NCBI GenBank assembly: GCA_963847705.1
Contig: CAWKBC010000040.1
Span: forward strand, 64,001 to 128,000
DNA from: an uncultured Pseudomonadota bacterium
GTDB taxonomy: Bacteria; Myxococcota_A; Polyangia; Fen-1088
Direction of reading: 5' to 3'
Length of the DNA stretch: 64,000 nt
Shown here one piece after another: positions 26,455-36,682 of the stretch; position 1 is the stretch's first letter, and each line of letters begins with the position of its first letter. The notes under the pieces are model-generated. The model saw only the letters and a list, made by a program, of their open reading frames with translations. It searched no databases and was not told the DNA's origin. The translations under genes and the position numbers were made by a program.

Positions 26455-27924
26455 ATGTTGCGCCCTTGGCCCCTGAGGATCGTGCTCGACCGGCGAAGCG
26501 ACACGCCGGTGGGCCAGCAGATCGTGCACGCCATCATCGAGGAGGTGCGCCGGGGGCGGCTCAAGCCGGGGGCGCCGCTTCCTGGAAGCCGGGAGCTGGC
26601 CGACAGCCTCGGCGTGAACCGGAAGACGGTCATCGTCGCCTTCGAGGAGCTGCAGGCTCAGGGATGGCTGGCCAGCGAGAAGCGGCGCGGGACCTTCGTC
26701 GCGGAGAATTTGCCTCTGATGGACGCCGCCGGCGGCGGGGCCGCGGGGATGCCCGAGCAACCTTTGTTCCGGCCGGCGCGCGCCGCGGCAGGCCTCCTCG
26801 CCGATCTCCCGCCCCGCGACATGCTGTCCTTCGACGACGGCGCGCCGGACCTCCGCTACGTGCCGATCGACCTGCTTGCGCGCGGCTATCGCGACGCTCT
26901 GCGAAGCACGCTGCAGCGGCGCCGGCTGGGCTACGGCGATCCGCGCGGCTCCGAAGCGCTGCGGACGTCGATCGCCGCCATGCTCAGCGCCGAGCGCGGC
27001 CTGGCGGTCACGGCCGAGAACCTCTGTCTCACGCGCGGCAGCCAGATGGCCATCTTCGTGGTCGCCCAGACGCTGGTCTCAGGCGGCGATACGGTGGTGG
27101 TGGAGTCGTTGACCTACCCGCCCGCGCGCGAGGCCTTCCGGCGCGCGGGGGCGGACATTTCGACGGTGGGCGTCGACGAGCGGGGTCTGGTCCCCGCCGA
27201 TCTGGAGCGCATCTGCCGGCGCAAGCGCGTGCGCGCCGTCTACGTGACGCCGCACCACCACTTCCCCACGACGGTGCTGATGACGCCGGAACGGCGCATG
27301 CGCCTGATGCTGCTGGCCTCGCAGTTTGGCTTCGCGGTCGTCGAGGACGACTACGACCACGATTTTCACTTCACGCACCAGCCGATGCTCCCCCTGGCCG
27401 CCTTCGACGGCGAAGGGCGGGTCGTCTATGTCGGCTCTCTGTCGAAGCTGCTGAGCCCCAGCCTGCGCATTGGCTACGTGTCGGCGCCCAAGGCCCTGGC
27501 CCAGCGCCTCGGCGCAGAGGTCATGGTGGTGGACCGCCAGGGAGATCCTGCGATGGAGGCCGCGATCGCAGAGTTCATCGAAGCGGGAGAGCTCCAGCGT
27601 CACACCCGCAAGATGATGCGGCTTTACGCTGAGCGCCGGCAGCGATTCGCCGAGCTACTCGCCGACCACTTCGGCGACGACATCTCGGTCTCGGTTCCCC
27701 CTGGTGGCCTGGCGTTCTGGGTGCGCTTCAAGGGCGTCGATCTCGGCCGCCTGCTCGAGCGCAGCCACGCGCGGCGCGTGCACTTCCAGTCGCCGCAAGC
27801 GTTCGCCTCCAATGGCGCCACGGTCGATGCTCTGCGTCTGGGCTTCGCCAGCCTGGACGTCGACGAGCTGAAGACCGCGACGAAGCGGCTGCGGGCGGCA
27901 TTTCGCGACGTCACCGACCAGTAA
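26455..27924 (+). CDS. MocR/GabR family regulator (GntR wHTH + PLP aminotransferase-like domain)
   Basis: LPGSRELA..LGVNRKTV; EDDYD; GSLSKLLSPSLRIG. Confidence 0.95.
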   Translation: MLRPWPLRIVLDRRSDTPVGQQIVHAIIEEVRRGRLKPGAPLPGSRELADSLGVNRKTVIVAFEELQAQGWLASEKRRGTFVAENLPLMDAAGGGAAGMPEQPLFRPARAAAGLLADLPPRDMLSFDDGAPDLRYVPIDLLARGYRDALRSTLQRRRLGYGDPRGSEALRTSIAAMLSAERGLAVTAENLCLTRGSQMAIFVVAQTLVSGGDTVVVESLTYPPAREAFRRAGADISTVGVDERGLVPADLERICRRKRVRAVYVTPHHHFPTTVLMTPERRMRLMLLASQFGFAVVEDDYDHDFHFTHQPMLPLAAFDGEGRVVYVGSLSKLLSPSLRIGYVSAPKALAQRLGAEVMVVDRQGDPAMEAAIAEFIEAGELQRHTRKMMRLYAERRQRFAELLADHFGDDISVSVPPGGLAFWVRFKGVDLGRLLERSHARRVHFQSPQAFASNGATVDALRLGFASLDVDELKTATKRLRAAFRDVTDQ

Positions 27925-28042
27925 CAACCGAGTGGGTTGTTGGCGGCCGCGCACTGTCCGAGGTTGGGCACCATGCAGGCGAACCCCCGCCGCCTTTCTA
28001 CCCGCGCGTGCGCGCGGCCCGCGGGGCGACGTGGCGGCACGG

Positions 28043-28279
28043 CTATCGGTCGCGCCGCTTCTGCTCGCGCAGCATGAAGAGATAGAGGCTCTCGACCTTC
28101 TCGCGCGCCCACGGCGTGCGCCGGAGGAACTTCAAGCTGGAGGGGATGCTGGGCTCCGTGGTGAAGCAGCGGATGTTCACCTGCCGGCCGAGCTCCGGCC
28201 AACCGAAGTGCGCCACCAGCTCCTTGAGAATCTGCTCGAGCGTGATGCCGTGAAGCGGGTTGTGCGGTTGCGTGCTCAT
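28043..28279 (-). CDS. VF530/DUF2132 family DNA-binding protein
   Basis: [12 protein letters not shown]...[20 protein letters not shown]. Confidence 0.9.
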   Translation of the reverse strand: MSTQPHNPLHGITLEQILKELVAHFGWPELGRQVNIRCFTTEPSIPSSLKFLRRTPWAREKVESLYLFMLREQKRRDR

Positions 28280-28429
28280 TGGCTCCTCGGGGACGGTGCG
28301 CCGGGCCAGGAGACTACCGGGCACCGGCCGCCTTCGGGAGATTGGATCGCGGCGATTCCGGCGCCGGTGTTGAAAGCAGGGAGGCTCGCCCATGCGGCAA
28401 TCTTTCGTCGGCGCAGCCGATGTCGGCGT

Positions 28430-30049
28430 ATGACTACGGCATTGGCGCCCCACCCGCCCAGCGAACTGCGTCCCTACCAGCGCGCCGCGATCGAGGCCGT
28501 GCTGGCGGCGCGCCGCGCGGGCCGGCGTCGCCTGCTGGTCCACCTGCCCACGGGCGCCGGCAAGACGGTGATCTTCTCACACCTGGCCAGGCTGGCGCGA
28601 CGCCAGGTGCTGGTGCTCGCTCATCGCGAGGAGCTGCTGACCCAGGCGCGGGAGAAGCTGGTCCGGGCGCTCGGGGGCGACGCCGTCGTCGAGATCGAGC
28701 GCGGCGCGCTCCGGGCGTCGGCCGGGGCGAAGGTGCTCGTCTGCTCGATCCGCTCGCTGCACGAGGAGCGGCTGGCGCGCGTCCTGCGGGGCCGCGACGT
28801 GGGGCTCATCGTCTATGACGAGTGCCACCACGCGGCGGCCGAGGACAACCTGCGCGTCCTGCGGCAGCTGGGCGTGTTCGAGCCCGCCTTCGACGGCACG
28901 CTGCTCGGCTTCACGGCCACCACCGCGCGCGGCGACGGTCAGGGGCTCGACCGGGTGTTCGAGGAGGTCGTCTACACACGCGCCCTGCCCGAGCTGATCG
29001 ACGATGGCTACCTGGCGCCATTGCGCGGCTTCCGGATCTCGACGACGGCGGATCTCCGCAAGCTGTCGCCCGGGGGCCTCGACTACGACGAGGAGGAGCT
29101 GGCCGAAGCGATCGACATCGAGGAGCGCAACGCCCTGGTCGCGCGGTCGATCCAGGAGCTGGCGCGCGACCGGCGCACCATCGCCTTCTGCGTGACGGTC
29201 AATCACGCGCGGCATCTGGCGCACGCCCTGAACGCGCTGGGCGTGCCCACGGGCATCGTTCACGGCGCCATGCCCGGACCCACCCGCGCGCAGACCCTGC
29301 GCGACTTTCGCGAAGGGCGCACGCAGGTCCTCACCAACGTGGGCGTCTTGACCGAAGGCTTCGACGATCCGGAGGTGTCGTGCGTCGCGATGGCGCGGCC
29401 CACGCGCTCGGAGGGCCTCTACGCCCAGTGCGTGGGGCGCGGGACGCGCCTCTTCCCCGGCAAGACCGACTGCCTGATCCTGGACTTCGTCGATCTGACG
29501 ACGCTGAGCCTCTGCACGTTGCCGTCGCTGTTCGGCGCGCCGCGGGATCTGGATCTGCGCGGGGGAGATGCGAACGAGGCGCGGCGCCTGTGGCAGCGCA
29601 TCGAGTTCGATCGGCCGGGCTTCGAGCTGGAGGCGGGCGCGGTCACGCTGGCGGAGATTCAGGACCGCGCCGCCAGCTTTGATCCGCTGACGCTGCGGCC
29701 CGACGAGGAGATCCGCGCGATCTCGATCAACGCCTGGTTCTCGCTGGGCCGCCACGGCCTGGGGCTGCATTTTCAGCCGGGCGCCGGCCGCGTGACCGAG
29801 GTGCTGGTCCTGCGGCGCCCCGGCCGCGGGAAGGTGTGGGAGGCCGTCATGGACGACCGGCCGATGGCGCGCTTCGGGCGGATCGAGGAGGCCGTCGACG
29901 CGGTGGACTTCGAGATTGAGCGGATGGGCCGAGCAACGGCGCTCTCGGCCAGGCACGACGCCGGCTGGCGCCGGGCCGCCGATCGAGCCGATGCCCTGCG
30001 CCTGGCGGTGTGGCATCGCCTCCACCCGCCGGTCACTCGACGGCGATGA
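28430..30049 (+). CDS. SF2 DEAD/DEAH helicase (ResIII/Irc3-like)
   Basis: [37 protein letters not shown]. Confidence 0.92.
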   Translation: MTTALAPHPPSELRPYQRAAIEAVLAARRAGRRRLLVHLPTGAGKTVIFSHLARLARRQVLVLAHREELLTQAREKLVRALGGDAVVEIERGALRASAGAKVLVCSIRSLHEERLARVLRGRDVGLIVYDECHHAAAEDNLRVLRQLGVFEPAFDGTLLGFTATTARGDGQGLDRVFEEVVYTRALPELIDDGYLAPLRGFRISTTADLRKLSPGGLDYDEEELAEAIDIEERNALVARSIQELARDRRTIAFCVTVNHARHLAHALNALGVPTGIVHGAMPGPTRAQTLRDFREGRTQVLTNVGVLTEGFDDPEVSCVAMARPTRSEGLYAQCVGRGTRLFPGKTDCLILDFVDLTTLSLCTLPSLFGAPRDLDLRGGDANEARRLWQRIEFDRPGFELEAGAVTLAEIQDRAASFDPLTLRPDEEIRAISINAWFSLGRHGLGLHFQPGAGRVTEVLVLRRPGRGKVWEAVMDDRPMARFGRIEEAVDAVDFEIERMGRATALSARHDAGWRRAADRADALRLAVWHRLHPPVTRRR

Positions 30050-30225
30050 CGGAGAAGGTCGGGCGGGTGCGGACGTGCAAGCTCGGCCCACACCGACTGG
30101 AGGAGGAGACGGCCTGAATCGAGAGGCACCGCCAGCTCTGGGGCTCACGCTTCGACGAGCTGGACCAGGTCGTCGAGGAGCTGAAACAGAAGGAGAAGAC
30201 CAATGGACGCAGGAAGAGCAGGTGA
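30046..30225 (+). pseudogene. Truncated ArsR/SmtB regulator (C-terminal half, internal TGA)
   Basis: [45 protein letters not shown]; TGA at 30115-30117; overlaps the SRPBCC start. Confidence 0.8.
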
Positions 30226-30730
30226 GACCACCCCCGTGAAGAGCCGCACGACGGTGGAACGGAAGTCCGAGCGTGAGCTCGTCGTGACGCGAACCTTCAA
30301 CGGCCCGGCGCGCCTGGTGTTCGAGGCGTGGACCGAGCCCGAGCTGTTCAAGCGGTGGTGGGTGCCGAAGTCGATCGGCATCTCCCTCCTTTCCTGCGAG
30401 ATGGACGTTCGCGTCGGGGGCGGGTACCGCCTCGTGTTCGGCCAGCAAGCCTCGACGATCGACGCCTCGAAGACCACGGCGTTCTTCGGCAGATACCTCG
30501 AAGTGACACCGCACGCGCGCCTCGTCTGGACCAATGAGGAAGGTGATGGCGGTCAAGCCGTCACCACGGTGACCTTCGAGGAAAAGGGCGGCAAGACGCT
30601 GTTGGTTCTGCACGAGCTCCATCCCTCGAAGGAAGCTCTCGACGAGGCCATCGGCTTCGGGGAGGGGCTGCGCGAGACGTTCCAGCAACTGGACGAGCTT
30701 CTCGTCACCCTGGAAGATGGGTCGCAATGA
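30203..30730 (+). CDS. SRPBCC/AHA1 domain protein
   Basis: ELVVTRTFNGPARLVFEAWTEPELFKRWW, EMDVRVGGGYR. Confidence 0.92.
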   Translation: MDAGRAGETTPVKSRTTVERKSERELVVTRTFNGPARLVFEAWTEPELFKRWWVPKSIGISLLSCEMDVRVGGGYRLVFGQQASTIDASKTTAFFGRYLEVTPHARLVWTNEEGDGGQAVTTVTFEEKGGKTLLVLHELHPSKEALDEAIGFGEGLRETFQQLDELLVTLEDGSQ

Positions 30731-31146
30731 CGAAGGCATCGGGAACGGCGGCACTGCTGGCATGGATGGCGCTCGGCGTTGGTTGCGGCGGCAGCGGAAC
30801 GTCGGCGAGCAGTCCTCCCGCGGATTCGAGCACGATTGCGAGCTTGGGGGACGGAGAGCTCGGGGCGTTCTGCGCGGAGCTGGCGTCGGTCGAGGGCGGG
30901 TACAGCAAGCTCCATGACCTCGCCTGCGAAGGTGGCTCTTCCTCCGTCAGTTTTCAGATCGGGACTGACCAGACATCGTGCGAGGCCCTCTTCAAGGCTC
31001 TCCCCGCAAGTTGCGGGACCTTGACGGTCGGTCAGCTCAAGGCCTGCGTCGCCGACACCTACGCCGCGACCTGCGACACCAGCAACCTGGTCACTGCGTC
31101 TTGCGATCCCTTTTTCACCTGCGCGTTCGGCGCTTCAGGGGGCTGA
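30727..31146 (+). CDS. Small Cys-rich lipoprotein
   Basis: Lipobox GVGC; ATGA coupling to the SRPBCC gene. Confidence 0.7.
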   Translation: MTKASGTAALLAWMALGVGCGGSGTSASSPPADSSTIASLGDGELGAFCAELASVEGGYSKLHDLACEGGSSSVSFQIGTDQTSCEALFKALPASCGTLTVGQLKACVADTYAATCDTSNLVTASCDPFFTCAFGASGG

Positions 31147-31200
31147 CCGCGCGCCATCCGCGCGGGGGCCTCCGACTGCACCAGCCGCTGGTTTGGCGCG

Positions 31201-31719
31201 CTAGAACGGCGGCTCGCGCTCGGCGGCCGTGGCGGCGCTTCGACGTTTGGGGGGCTTCTGGGCGGCCTTGAGGCGCTCGACCACCGCCGGGATGTCGGCG
31301 AGGTCGATGCGCTGTTCAGCGCCCTCGGGTGTGCGGTGGATGACCGCGACGACGTCGAGGTGGTCGATGGCGACCTTGATGTTGCGGTTGCGCCCGCGCG
31401 AGGTCGTCGTCACCTCGATCTTGGGGCGCAGGCCGGGCCGGCGGTCGCGCAGCATGCGGGCCAGGAAGGGGCGGACGGTGTTGCTGAACCTGAGGTGATA
31501 CCGGCGCCGCATCTCGCCGGTCACGAGGTCGATGGAGATCAGCTCGTCGCCGCGGGCCGCCCACTCCAGGGCGACGCTCTCGGCCGCCGGGTACAGTGTC
31601 TCCAGGTCGGCCATCTTGAACCCGTACTCCGAAAGCTTGTCGGCGACCCATTTCGCGTCGACCGACAGCGCCCGGACGTTGGGGTCTGGGGCTCGGGTGG
31701 GCAGTTCGAGCTGGCTCAT
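31201..31719 (-). CDS. Hypothetical protein
   Basis: Strong GC3 codon bias; MSQLELP...RFSNTVRPFLARML...EPPF. Confidence 0.7.
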   Translation of the reverse strand: MSQLELPTRAPDPNVRALSVDAKWVADKLSEYGFKMADLETLYPAAESVALEWAARGDELISIDLVTGEMRRRYHLRFSNTVRPFLARMLRDRRPGLRPKIEVTTTSRGRNRNIKVAIDHLDVVAVIHRTPEGAEQRIDLADIPAVVERLKAAQKPPKRRSAATAAEREPPF

Positions 31720-31857
31720 GGCGTCTGTCGCCACTGTAACTCGCCGAGCGCCGACCTGGGAACGGCCGGTCACGTTTCCGGACGGTCAGCGCGATCCCCG
31801 GTGGACGCTCTCGCCTCTCGAATTGATCTGTCCGAAGGACAGTGATACGCCTGCCGG

Positions 31858-32844
31858 GTGATGGGGTGGTCTCGGAGACTGATGGTCGGTCTGCTGGTGG
31901 CCTGCGGCGGGGCCTGTGGGGGAAGCGGCAGCGCGCCGTACACGCCGGTGTCGGTGACAACCGACGCCACCGGGACGCTCTACACGCTCGACATGGGCGC
32001 GTTGAAGATGGTGGTCGACGCCTCGATGGGCGCCCGCATCACGGAGTTTTCGCTGGACGGGACCAACGTCCTGACCGGCCCCGACGTCGACCCGGAGAAC
32101 TACGGCGGAACGTACTGGCCGAGCCCACAATCGAGCTGGTGCCAATCGGGCACCGGTTGCTGGCCCCCGATCGGCCCTCTCGACAGCCGGATGTACACCG
32201 GCAGCTTCGACCCGACCACCAACGTCATCCAGCTGACCAGCGGCACGGCGTTGATCGTCGCGTTCCCGGACTCGGCCGTCACCGTGACCAAGCAATTCAC
32301 GCCCGTCCCCGCCAGCGGCGCGGTCGACGTCACCTACACGCTCAGCAACGTCTCGTCGAGCGTGGCCATCTCGGTCGCCCCCTGGCAGGTGAGCCGCGTG
32401 CAGGAGACCGGCGGCCTGACGTTCTTCGCGTCACCCGACGGTTCGGCCACCTACGCCGACGGCAGTGACCCGGCCTTCATGTTGGCCGACGCGGGCGGTA
32501 ATCTCTGGTACCAGTCGTCCGCCGTCGCCACCGACTCGAAAGCGCTGGCCGACGGCTCGGGCTGGATGGCGCACGTGACGGCGGGGGGCCTTCTCTACCT
32601 GCTGGCGTATCCAGACATCCAGCCGGCCGAGGCCGCGCCCGGCGAAGCAGAGGTCGAGGTCTTCACCGGACCCGAAGCCGACTACCAGGAGATGGAGACG
32701 CAGGGGGCCTACACCAACGTCCCGCCGGGCGGAGCGCTGGTCTGGACCGTGCGCTGGAAGTTGCGCCGGGTGCCGAGCGGCACCTCGGTCGCCGTCGGCA
32801 GCGCGGACCTCATCGCGCTCACCACCGCGGCGCTCGCCGAGTAG
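31858..32844 (+). CDS. DUF4380-like / mutarotase-fold lipoprotein
   Basis: GARITEF, NYGGTYWPSPQ, APWQVSRV, APGEAEVEVF, EMETQG. Confidence 0.75.
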   Translation: MMGWSRRLMVGLLVACGGACGGSGSAPYTPVSVTTDATGTLYTLDMGALKMVVDASMGARITEFSLDGTNVLTGPDVDPENYGGTYWPSPQSSWCQSGTGCWPPIGPLDSRMYTGSFDPTTNVIQLTSGTALIVAFPDSAVTVTKQFTPVPASGAVDVTYTLSNVSSSVAISVAPWQVSRVQETGGLTFFASPDGSATYADGSDPAFMLADAGGNLWYQSSAVATDSKALADGSGWMAHVTAGGLLYLLAYPDIQPAEAAPGEAEVEVFTGPEADYQEMETQGAYTNVPPGGALVWTVRWKLRRVPSGTSVAVGSADLIALTTAALAE

Positions 32845-32860
32845 TCGGCCCGGAGCGGCG

Positions 32861-33523
32861 TCAGCGCGTCGCGCTCATGGCCCGCTTGGGCTTCTGGCCG
32901 TAGCCGGCGAATTTCTGCGCCACCGCTTCCATCTCGCGCGCCGAGAGAAGAACCGGCGCGCCGATCGAGCGGGCCACGACGTATTGCGTGCAGAGCGCCT
33001 CGACCTCCTCGGCCAGGAGACGCGCGCCGGGGAGGTCGGCGGCCACCACCACCAGCCCGTGGTTGGCGAGCAGGCAGGCGCGGCGGCCGGTCAGCGCCGC
33101 CAGCGCGTTCTTCGACAGGGCGTCCGTTCCGTAGGTGGCGTAGCGCGCGCAGCGAAGCTCGCGGCCGCCTGTCTTGGCGAGCATGTAGTGGAACGCGGGA
33201 ATCGGACGGCGCAGGCAGGAGAGCGCCGTCGCCACGGTCGAGTGGGTGTGGACGATCGCCCCCACGCCCGGCCGATGCCGGTAGATGTCGCGATGCAGGC
33301 GCCATTCGCTGGACGGCAGCAGGTCGCCGCGCGTCCGGCCGTCGAGCCCGACCTCCACCATGTCGGCCGCGCGCAGCTCGTCGCAGGCGATCCCGGTCGG
33401 CGTCACCAGGAATCCGTCCGAGGCGCGGCAGGAGACGTTTCCCGAGGTGCCGGCGTAGAGGCGGCGCTCGGCCAGCCAGCGCACCGTCTCCAGGATCTGG
33501 CGGCGACGCTTGGTCGAGCTCAC
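32861..33523 (-). CDS. Class II aldolase/adducin family (FucA-like)
   Basis: GTSGNVS, PSSEWRLH, VHTHS, LLANHG. Confidence 0.92.
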   Translation of the reverse strand: MSSTKRRRQILETVRWLAERRLYAGTSGNVSCRASDGFLVTPTGIACDELRAADMVEVGLDGRTRGDLLPSSEWRLHRDIYRHRPGVGAIVHTHSTVATALSCLRRPIPAFHYMLAKTGGRELRCARYATYGTDALSKNALAALTGRRACLLANHGLVVVAADLPGARLLAEEVEALCTQYVVARSIGAPVLLSAREMEAVAQKFAGYGQKPKRAMSATR

Positions 33524-34620
33524 GCGCGCGACCTCGCCGCGTGCTCCGGAAACAGCGCCGCCAGCCCCGCGCGGGTGGCAGGCGCGAGGCCCCGCTCGGT
33601 GATGATGCCGGTGACCAGCCGCGCGGGCGTCACGTCGAAGCCGGGGTTCGCGACCGGCGTCCCCTCGGGCGCCAACCGCACGGTCGCGATCGCGCCTGCC
33701 GTGCCACGCCCGGAGAGCTCGACGACCTCCGCCGCCGCGCGCTCCTCGATCACCACCTCGTGCCCGTCGGCCACCGTCCAGTCGATCGACGACGACGGCG
33801 CCGCGACGTAGAACGGCACCCCGCAGTCGCGCGCCGCCAGCGCCTTCAGGTAGGTCCCGATCTTGTTGACGACGTCCCCGGTGGCGGTGGTGCGATCGGT
33901 GCCGACCAGGACCAGGTCGACCTGCCTGCGCTGCATCAGGTGGCCGCCGGCGTTGTCGACGATCAGCGTGTGGGGGACGCCGTGTTGCCCGAGCTCCCAG
34001 GCGGTCAGCGCCGCGCCCTGGTTGCGCGGCCGCGTCTCGTCGACCCAGACGTGCACCGGCAGGCCCGCGTCGTGGGCCGCGTAGACGCCCGCCAGCGCCG
34101 TCCCGCGATCGACGGTCGCCAGCCAGCCCGCGTTGCAGTGCGTGAGCACGTTGACCGGCGTCCGGGGCGCGCGCGCCGCGGCCAGGCGGCGAATGACCGC
34201 CAGCGCGTGGTCGCCGATCGCCCGGTTCACCGCCACGTCCTCGTCGGCCAGCGCGTCGGCGCGGGCGCGGGCGGCGGCGGCGCGCGCCGCTTGCGGCAAG
34301 GGTGCCAGCGTGGCGGCCATGGTTTCGAGCGCCCAGCGCAGGTTCACGGCGGTCGGCCGGGTGGCCAGCAGCGCCGCGCAGGCGGCCTGCAATCCGTCAT
34401 CAGAGGGATCGACCCGCATGGCCAACCAGACGCCGTACGCCGCCGCCGCTCCGATGAGAGGCGCGCCCCGCACCTGCATGGTGGCGATGGCGCGCGCCAC
34501 CTCGGCAGCGGTTCGCAACGGGCGCACCGTGAAATCGTGGGGCAGCGCCGTCTGATCGATGATCTCGACGACGTCATCGGTCACCCAGATCGTGCGTGTC
34601 GGTTGGCCTCGAACGTTCAT
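33520..34620 (-). CDS. mtnA: S-methyl-5-thioribose-1-phosphate isomerase
   Basis: MQVRGAPLIG, TRPTAVNL, LTHCNAGWLA, DETRPRNQG, NKIGTY, FDVTP. Confidence 0.95.
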   Translation of the reverse strand: MNVRGQPTRTIWVTDDVVEIIDQTALPHDFTVRPLRTAAEVARAIATMQVRGAPLIGAAAAYGVWLAMRVDPSDDGLQAACAALLATRPTAVNLRWALETMAATLAPLPQAARAAAARARADALADEDVAVNRAIGDHALAVIRRLAAARAPRTPVNVLTHCNAGWLATVDRGTALAGVYAAHDAGLPVHVWVDETRPRNQGAALTAWELGQHGVPHTLIVDNAGGHLMQRRQVDLVLVGTDRTTATGDVVNKIGTYLKALAARDCGVPFYVAAPSSSIDWTVADGHEVVIEERAAAEVVELSGRGTAGAIATVRLAPEGTPVANPGFDVTPARLVTGIITERGLAPATRAGLAALFPEHAARSRA

Positions 34621-34675
34621 CGTTGATCGCTCCGCGACCAGGGACGCTATCGCATCTGCCGGCGTCCGCCAGACC

Positions 34676-36646
34676 TCAGAGCGCGATGGCGCGCGGGGCC
34701 TCGCGCGCCTCACGTCGTTCGACGAAGAGCGCGACCTGCTCGACCGGCATCGGCCGACCGAAGTAGTAACCCTGCAGGTAGTCGCAGCCCGAGTCGGCCA
34801 GCCGCGCGGCCTGCTCCGCCGTCTCCACCCCCTCGGCGATCACCCGCAGGCTCATGGTGTGCGCCAGCGCGATGATGGAGTCGACGATGGAGCGGCTGGT
34901 CTCGTCGCGATTCATGTCCTTCACGAACTCGCGATCGATCTTGAGCGCGTCGAGCGGCATGCGCTGCAGCTGGCTGAGCGACGAATAGCCGGTGCCGAAG
35001 TCGTCCATGTAGATGAGGATGCCCATCGCGCGCAGCCGCGCCATGGTCTCGATGGTCTGGGCGGCGTTCTGCATGGCCGCCGTCTCGGTGACCTCCAGGC
35101 GCAGGCTGTGCGGCGCCAGGCCGGTCTCCTCGAGGATCTGGGCGACGTCGTCCACCACGGCCGGCGACACGAACTGCCGGTGGGAGATGTTGACCCCCAC
35201 CGCCATCTGCGCCAGCGCCGGGATCTCGCGCTGCCACCGGCGCAGCTGCAGGCAGGCGTTGGCCAGCACCAGCTTGCCCAGCGGCACGATGAGGCCGGTC
35301 TCCTCGGCGACGGAGATGAACGCGTCGGGCATCACCAGCCCGCGCACCGGGTGGCGCCAGCGCACCAGCGCCTCCAGCGCCGCCAGCCGCCCGGCGCCGT
35401 CGACAATCGGCTGGTAGTGAAGCTCGAACTCGTCGCGCTCGATGGCCCGCCGGAGCTCCGTCTCCGTCGACCAGCGGGTCATGGCGCGCTGGTGCATCTG
35501 CGGGTCGAACACGCAGGTGCAGCTCTTGCCCGCCTGCTTCGCCTGGTAGAGCGCGATGTCCGCGTCGCGCAGCACCTCCTCCGGCCGGGCGTAGCCGCCG
35601 TCGCTGGTGGCGACGCCGATGCTCCCGCGGGCCACCAGATCGTGAGCGCCCAGGTTGAACGGCTCCGCCAGCGCGCTGTGGATGCGCTCGGCCACCCGCA
35701 AGGCGTCCTCGGGCGCGGCCAGATCCTCCAGCAGCATCACGAACTCGTCGCCGCCGATCCGGGCCACGTGATCGCCCGGGATGCGGGCGATGGTGTCGAC
35801 CTTGCGGGCGCAGGCCGAGAGTCGCCGCGCCACCTCGATGAGCAGCTTGTCGCCGATCTGGTGGCCCAGGCTGTCGTTGATGACCTTGAACTCGTCGAGA
35901 TCGATGTAGAGGAGCGCGAACCGGTTGTCGGGATCCCGGTTGCTGCGGGCCAGGCTGTGGGTCAGGCGGTCCGCCAGCAGGCTGCGGTTGGCCAGGCCAG
36001 TGAGCGAATCGTGCAGCGCCTCGAAGCGCAGCTGCTCCTCGGCCAGCTTGCGGTCGGTGATGTTGGTGAGCGAGCCGGCGGCCCGCAGGGTGTCGCGCTC
36101 GGGGTCCTTGACGGCGATGCCCCGGCAGAGCACCCAGCGGTACTGGCCGTCGCGGTGGCGGATGCGAAACTCCGACGACAGGTTCTCCTTGTCCTGACGG
36201 AGGTGCACGTCGATGTCGGCGCGCAGCCGCGGCAGATCGTCGGCGTGGACGCGATCGAGCCATTCGCCGAGCCCGTCGCCGATCTCCGCCTCGTCGTAAC
36301 CCAGCATCGCCTTCCAGCGGGTCGAGTAGTAGACGCGGCCGGTCTCGACGTCCCAGTCCCACAGCCCGTCGTTGGCCCCCTGAGCGGCGAGCGTGTAGCG
36401 GTACTCGGTGCGCTTGCGCTGCTCCACCTCGGCCAGGAGGCGCTCCTGCGTCGCCGCCAGCGTGCGGTTGCGCTCGAACAGCTCGTGCGACGACAGCTCC
36501 ATGGCGCGCTCGACGAGCTGCCGGTCCTGGTCCTGTTGCTGGTAGGCCTCGCTCACCGCCTGCAAGAGACGCTGGAGCTCGGGCCCCGCCTCGCCGCGGA
36601 AATGTTTCCGCAGCTGACGCTCCAGCAGTCTGTGCATGTTCGGCAT
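34676..36646 (-). CDS. PAS-GGDEF-EAL c-di-GMP enzyme
   Basis: PAS (GLWDWD..VHADD), GGDEF intact, EALVRW, DDFGTGYSSL, AEGVET. Confidence 0.95.
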   Translation of the reverse strand: MPNMHRLLERQLRKHFRGEAGPELQRLLQAVSEAYQQQDQDRQLVERAMELSSHELFERNRTLAATQERLLAEVEQRKRTEYRYTLAAQGANDGLWDWDVETGRVYYSTRWKAMLGYDEAEIGDGLGEWLDRVHADDLPRLRADIDVHLRQDKENLSSEFRIRHRDGQYRWVLCRGIAVKDPERDTLRAAGSLTNITDRKLAEEQLRFEALHDSLTGLANRSLLADRLTHSLARSNRDPDNRFALLYIDLDEFKVINDSLGHQIGDKLLIEVARRLSACARKVDTIARIPGDHVARIGGDEFVMLLEDLAAPEDALRVAERIHSALAEPFNLGAHDLVARGSIGVATSDGGYARPEEVLRDADIALYQAKQAGKSCTCVFDPQMHQRAMTRWSTETELRRAIERDEFELHYQPIVDGAGRLAALEALVRWRHPVRGLVMPDAFISVAEETGLIVPLGKLVLANACLQLRRWQREIPALAQMAVGVNISHRQFVSPAVVDDVAQILEETGLAPHSLRLEVTETAAMQNAAQTIETMARLRAMGILIYMDDFGTGYSSLSQLQRMPLDALKIDREFVKDMNRDETSRSIVDSIIALAHTMSLRVIAEGVETAEQAARLADSGCDYLQGYYFGRPMPVEQVALFVERREAREAPRAIAL

Positions 36647-36682
36647 GCTCCTGGGCTCCGGTGTTGCGCGCGGCGGCCGCGC

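Noticed and set aside
28430-30049. Helicase as part of a restriction or defence system
   Set aside because: No methylase, nuclease domain or defence neighbours; looks like a stand-alone SF2 helicase
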